This document shows positions 58,480 to 64,000 of a DNA stretch of 64,000 nt, one piece after another. The notes beneath the pieces were generated by a model. It ran no database searches. It had not been told where the DNA came from and was given only the letters and a program-made list of their open reading frames with translations. Position 1 is the first letter of the stretch; every line of letters starts with the position of its first letter. The DNA comes from Macrostomum lignano (lineage: Eukaryota). The stretch covers positions 62,001 to 126,000 of the forward strand of contig NIVC01002200.1 of the NCBI GenBank assembly GCA_002269645.1. Direction: 5' to 3'. Position numbers and translations under genes: made by a program.

Positions 58480-59592
58480 TAAGCCTCCGGGTGGAACAGC
58501 TCTCTGCGTTTAGCCGAGTCGCTCCAGCCCCAGGCGCTGCGCCGGTACATGTCGCGCATGTTCGACCGGACCAAGTCGAAGGCGCAGCGCCGAAGGCAGA
58601 CGTCGAGGTTCCGAGCTCGACGACAGACCAGCTGACCGCTAGCGGTATCGACAGCCGGCGAATTCGACGCGTCGACAGCGAATGCCGACAAAGGGTCGTC
58701 GATGAGGCTGGCAGCGGCCACGACGGCGCTTGCCGACGAGACGTCTTGACGACGGCGGCGGCGGCCGTGGCGACGAGGCGAGGATGACTGTAAGAGCCGA
58801 GCAATCTGTTACATGCAGATTTGAATGCCTTAACTGCCTAGTGTACCTGGGTCGGCACTTCACAACAGCAATCCGACCCGCTCAATGTTTGACTTTTCTC
58901 TGCTTCTCCACTCTTCTCTTCTTCTGGTCTATAGTACATGTGCGTGGATTTGGTGAAAAAGTACATTAACTATAGGGATAACTTGAAACTTCGGCTAGAT
59001 GCTTGTGCACATTCTCCAGTGCACAAAGTCGGGGCCGGTGTACACTCTGTGTGATGATGCGCTAATTAAAAAAAATCAAACTACGATATGCTTATATATT
59101 TTCAGCACGCAAGCACCTGGAACATATATATTATATTATAACAGAAAACAACGCAAATGATTTGTTTAACTACTGGAATATCCATACAAGAGTACTTGAA
59201 GTACGAGTAATATAAAAATTAAAGGCATCGAAGATATCGATAGCTATGAGCTGTGGCTAAAAAAGAAGAAAATATTGAATATTAATATCAGAGCAAAAAA
59301 TTGCTTAGGGCTCACCGGAATACGGCAGTTGATGTTTGTCTATTAGAAGACCTGCTAGAAAGGATTCAGTCAAAAATAAGCAGCGGCGGACTGCCGCTAA
59401 CTAAAAAATAAAATTGGATAAATGTCGAAGAATAAAAACTTTCGTAAAAGTAAAAAATAACTTTTTAGCAACAGCTTTTTGGAAACCTGCTTAGACTGTC
59501 AATTCTTTTGCTTCAGATTTTCTCCACGCTCTACATGTAGTATAGAGCGTTTCTATCTCGGCCATTTCTTCGCCGGACCAATCAGAGATCAA

Positions 59593-59957
59593 CTGTAGCA
59601 ACCCCGCCTCAATTCCTTCCCCTCCTAGCCAATAAGAGAGCAGCACCAGGACACGCTGCTACTGTAGCAACCCCGCCTCAATTCCTTCCTCTCCTAGCCA
59701 ATAAGAGAGCAGCACCAGGACACGCTGCTACTGTAGCAACCCCGCCTCAATTCCTTCCTCTCCTAGCCAATAAGAGAGCAGCAGCAGGACACACTGCTAC
59801 TGTAGCAACCCCTCCTCAATTCCTTCCCCTCCTAGCCAATAAGAGAGCAGCAGCAGGACACACTGCTACTGTAGCAACCCCTCCTCAATTCCTTCCCCTC
59901 CTAGCCAATAAGAGAGCAGCAGCAGGACACACTGCTACTGTAGCAACCCCGCCTCAA
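59593..59957. repeat. 69-bp minisatellite, uninterrupted (5 units); empty site for the LINE
   Basis: Mirror of 9619-14640 without the element. Confidence 0.92.
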
Positions 59958-60048
59958 AGACCAACAGAACAGACTGCAACAACCCCGCTCTAATTCTTTC
60001 CCTGTTCCTGTTTAATAGGAGAGCAGCCAATTAAAGTCACTGAATTAG

Positions 60049-62013
60049 TCACTTGTTAAGTCTAATAGCAGCGCGGTAAAATTGAGCATCAATCCGCAGC
60101 TTCAGCCATCGCGTACGCCACTGACAAGCCAGATAGCTAACAATAACCAGTAGCGCCAAAACGAAGAGACACAGAGCACCAAGTACAAAGGCAGGAGTAT
60201 ATGGCCTGTATTTATTAAACCAGCAATCAAACAGGTCTGAGAGAAATTTGTCGATAAACTTATTGCCAGTTGGTATCGGCTCAACCAGTAGCCAGTCGGG
60301 CGAAGACAGCACTGCGCTAATCCGATCTAGGGAGCCATTATTCGGATTAGCTCGGATGCCCAATAGTCGGCAAGCCAGGGGATAAAGATCCACAGACTCA
60401 ATCAGCTGATCAATCTCAACTCCGCCAGACTGAAATGCCGGCCCCCTAGCCAGCCACAGAGGCCACATATCCGTGTCATTGTTAGCGTAGCCGTGCACGC
60501 CAAACGTAGCAGGATGCTCAGGCGGTATGCCGCCAACAACGATGACGTATGGGGGGTCCGCGTACAAATACACTGGCGGTGTCCGCCGCGACCCGTTAAA
60601 GTGCATCCAATCGGGCAGGTGAGAGGCCAGGTTAGCCCGCAGGTAGGGCAATTTAGCGTCCGAGACGGCTTTGATAATATCTTGAGCTCGGCCTGGTTTC
60701 GGCATTAAGCCCAGGTGTATATTAGCCTTATCGGCTAAGTAATTAACGTACCAATCCGGATTAACTATTTGATCCAAGTCAATTAGATTCGAACTATTGC
60801 CCGTCGTCATGCCGTGATCGGCTGTCAATACGATATTGATTCGATCAGTTAGGCCCAGCTCTTTCAAGCCGGTCATCAATTGGCCAAGCTGTTGGTCCAA
60901 TTCTATTAGCCTGGCGGCAACATCATCGCTCAGGTGGCCAGCCTGGTGGGCAGTGTGATCCGGCTCGTCAAAGTACAACAGGCCCAGATTAATGCCGTAC
61001 AGCTGCGGCTGGCCCAGCCAGTGCAGCATGCGACTCACCCGCCGGCTGTACGGATAGCGGACTGAGCTGCCGTTGTTCAGGGTGGCGTACTGGTCCACCT
61101 GGGTTGAGTGGATGGGGTGGGTTGGCTTGCCTAGATATACTAGATTAGCTTGTCTAGATATACTAGATTAGCTTGTCTAGATCTACTAGTTTAGCTTGTC
61201 TAGATCTGCTATACTGGCTTGTCTAGATCTGCTATACTGGCTTGTCTAGATCTGCTAGACTGGCTTGTCTAGATCTGCTAGACTGGCCTGTCTAGATCTG
61301 CTAGACTGACCTGTCTAGATCTGCTAGACTGACCTGTCTAGATCTACTAGATTGGTATGTCTAGATCTGCTAGACTGACCTGTCTAGATCTACTAGATTG
61401 GTATGTCTAGATTTGCTAGACTGGCTTGTCTAGATCTGCTAGATTGACTTTCCCCAGTGTAATGATTTTTTTGTTGGCCAATAAAGGTTTTAGGTTATCT
61501 AATACCAACTCCTACCTGTACAAAGGGCAAAAAGCCGTTGTAAGGCAGGTCGGAATTCGGGTACAGCACCACGGCGGATCGGCCGCCCTGCCTCTGATTG
61601 GTCACCCACAACGGCTCCGGCCAGCCAGCAGACCAGTCGGGATCATTCAGACTGGACTGGTCAAAGACAGAGAACAATTTGCCTGGCAATTCGGGATCGG
61701 CAAACGTGTTCAAAATGAAACCGTGACTCTCAGAGTAGAGTCCGGTAACCAGGCTCTGATGATTGGGCAGAGTCTCCGTAGGGTACACGTTCTTCACCCG
61801 TTTAGCTCGAACGCCTTGACTAGCGAACGCTTCAAAATTTGGCAGTTGAACGCCTCTAGAGCGGTACAGTTCGAGGTAGTCGTGACGGAATCCATCGAAT
61901 ATGACGATTAGTAAGGGCAGTCGGCCGGGTGGTGAACCGGCGGAGTGGTTCGCGCCGCAGGCGATTGACACCTGGGCTAACAGGGCCGCGATGAGCAGAA
62001 GGGCGACTCTGGC
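60049..62013 (-). CDS. ENPP4/5-like phosphodiesterase, right copy, intact frame (exons 62013-61516, 61098-60049; ATG exon beyond the window end)
   Basis: Continuous 349-aa last exon (GNSSNLIDLD); same splice sites as the left copy. Confidence 0.9.
61130..61450. repeat. TCTAGA-containing minisatellite (shorter mirror of 7770-8450)
   Basis: Intron length 417 bp versus 781 bp in the left arm. Confidence 0.88.
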
Positions 62014-62054
62014 CTGACGGGTGCAGGTTTGGAGTAAAGTTAGAGACGATTTCC

Positions 62055-64000
62055 AGTGTGGGTGAAGAGGGGATGCTCAGTGTGGGTGGAGGGGATTCTC
62101 AGTGTGGGTGAAGAGGGGATGCTCAGTGTGGGTGAAGAGGGGATTCCCAGTGTGGGTGAAGAGGGGATGCTCAGTGTGGGTGAAGAGGGGACTCAGTGTG
62201 GGTGAAGAGGAGATTCTCAGTGTGGGTGAAGAGGAGATTCTCAGTGTGGGTGAAGAGGAGATTCTCAGTGTGGGTGAAGAGGGGATGCTCAGTGTGGGTG
62301 AAGAGGAGATTCTCAGTGTGGGTGAAGAGGGGATTCTCAGTGTGGGTGAAGAGGGGATTCTCAGTGTGGGTGAGAGGAGATTCTCAGTGTGGGTGAAGAG
62401 GGGATTCTCAGTGTGGGTGAAGAGGAGATTCTCAGTGTGGGTGAAGAGGAGATTCTCAGTGTGGGTGAAGAGGGATTCTCAGTGTGGGTGAAGAGGAGAT
62501 TCTCAGTGTGGGTGAAGAGGAGATTCTCAGTGTGGGTGAAGAGGAGATTCTCAGTGTGGGTGAAGAGGAGATTCTCAGTGTGGGTGAAGAGGGGATTCTC
62601 AGTGTGGGTGAAGAGGGGACTCAGTGTGGGTGAAGAGGAGATTCTCAGTGTGGGTGAAGAGGGGATTCTCAGTGTGGGTGAAGAGGAGATTCTCAGTGTG
62701 GGTGAAGAGGGGATCCCAGTGTGGGTGAAGAGGGGATTCTCAGTGTGGGTGAAGAGGAGATTCTCAGTGTGGGTGAAGAGGAGATTCTCAGTGTGGGTGA
62801 AGAGGGGATTCTCAGTGTGGGTGAAGAGGGGATTCTCAGTGTGGGTGAAGAGGGGATGCTCAGTGTGGGTGAAGAGGGGATTCTCAGTGTGGGTGAAGAG
62901 GAGATTCTCAGTGTGGGTGAAGAGGAGATTCTCAGTGTGGGTGAAGAGGGGATTCTCAGTGTGGGTGAAGAGGGGATTCTCAGTGTGGGTGAAGAGGAGA
63001 TTCTCAGTGTGGGTGAAGAGGGGATTCTCAGTGTGGGTGAAGAGGAGATTCTCAGTGTGGGTGAGAGGGGATTCTCAGTGTGGGTGAAGATGGGATTCTC
63101 AGTGTGGGTGAAGAGGAGATTCTCAGTGTGGGTGAAGAGGGGATTCTCAGTGTGGGTGAGAGGGGATTCTCAGTGTGGGTGAAGAGGGGATGCTCAGTGT
63201 GGGTGAAGAGGGGATCCTCAGTGTGGGTGAAGAGGGGATTCTCAGTGTGGGTGAAGAGGGGATTCTCAGTGTGGGTGAAGAGGAGATTCTCAGTGTGGGT
63301 GAAGAGGGGATTCTCAGTGTGGGTGAAGAGGGGATTCTCAGTGTGGGTGAAGAGGGGATGCTCAGTGTGGGTGAAGAGGGGATTCTCAGTGTGGGTGAAG
63401 AGGAGATTCTCAGTGTGGGTGAAGAGGAGATTCTCAGTGTGGGTGAAGAGGGGATTCTCAGTGTGGGTGAAGAGGGGATTCTCAGTGTGGGTGAAGAGGA
63501 GATTCTCAGTGTGGGTGAAGAGGGGATTCTCAGTGTGGGTGAAGAGGAGATTCTCAGTGTGGGTGAGAGGGGATTCTCAGTGTGGGTGAAGATGGGATTC
63601 TCAGTGTGGGTGAAGAGGAGATTCTCAGTGTGGGTGAAGAGGGGATTCTCAGTGTGGGTGAGAGGGGATTCTCAGTGTGGGTGAAGAGGGGATGCTCAGT
63701 GTGGGTGAAGAGGGGATCCTCAGTGTGGGTGAAGAGGGGATTCTCAGTGTGGGTGAAGAGGGGATTCTCAGTGTGGGTGAAGAGGAGATTCTCAGTGTGG
63801 GTGAAGAGGGGATTCTCAGTGTGGGTGAAGAGGGGATTCTCAGTGTGGGTGAGAGGAGATTCTCAGTGTGGGTGAAGAGGGGATTCTCAGTGTGGGTGAA
63901 GAGGAGATTCTCAGTGTGGGTGAAGAGGAGATTCTCAGTGTGGGTGAAGAGGGGATTCTCAGTGTGGGTGAAGAGGAGATTCTCAGTGTGGGTGAAGAGG
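62055..64000. repeat. 24-nt minisatellite (mirror of 6168-7160, at least twice as long)
   Basis: Direct reading; runs off the window end. Confidence 0.95.

Larger units (their letters stand above)
50573..58787 (-). pseudogene. NAA40: NAA40-like, right copy, interrupted in its first coding exon by the Gypsy element (exon parts 58787-58480 and 51489-51350; last exon 50818-50573)
   Basis: The exon halves sum to 444 nt after removing one TAAG copy, matching the intact left copy. Confidence 0.88.

Overview
Eukaryotic (animal) genomic DNA with GC-rich exons, introns filled with micro/minisatellites, and a 669-nt assembly gap (37284-37952). The composition resembles the flatworm Macrostomum, but that assignment is inference only. 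The dominant structure is a large inverted duplication: ~6170-30170 is mirrored by 37953-64000+ around a ~7 kb single-copy centre plus the gap. Genes reconstructed by hand from splice signals: XPA (+, single copy), an ENPP4/5-like ectonucleotide phosphodiesterase (2 copies), a NAA40-like N-terminal acetyltransferase (2 copies), a three-thioredoxin PDIA5-like ER protein ending KEEL (2 copies), an uncharacterised coiled-coil protein (2 copies), and a CECR2/RSF1-like DDT-WHIM polyQ chromatin protein (one full copy plus a 3' fragment). The arms carry reciprocal transposon insertions. The left arm has an RNase H-bearing Loa/R1-like LINE inside a 69-bp minisatellite. The right arm has a 6,990-bp Gypsy LTR element with apparently identical 899-bp LTRs and a TAAG target duplication inside a NAA40 exon. 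Each arm shows the empty site for the other's insertion. Best leads: (i) a candidate XPA-ENPP operon, and a NAA40 exon with no genomic start codon that could take its AUG from a flatworm spliced leader; (ii) an integrase-less but recently inserted Gypsy with a tRNA-Lys3 PBS, a -1 slippery site, a 24x10-aa His/Pro repeat before the protease and a 27-nt U5-to-3' complementary segment; (iii) a TAATG stop-start coupling in the LINE; (iv) a minisatellite built from an exon-intron junction. Whether the inverted duplication is real or two haplotypes joined by the scaffolder cannot be decided from this sequence alone.
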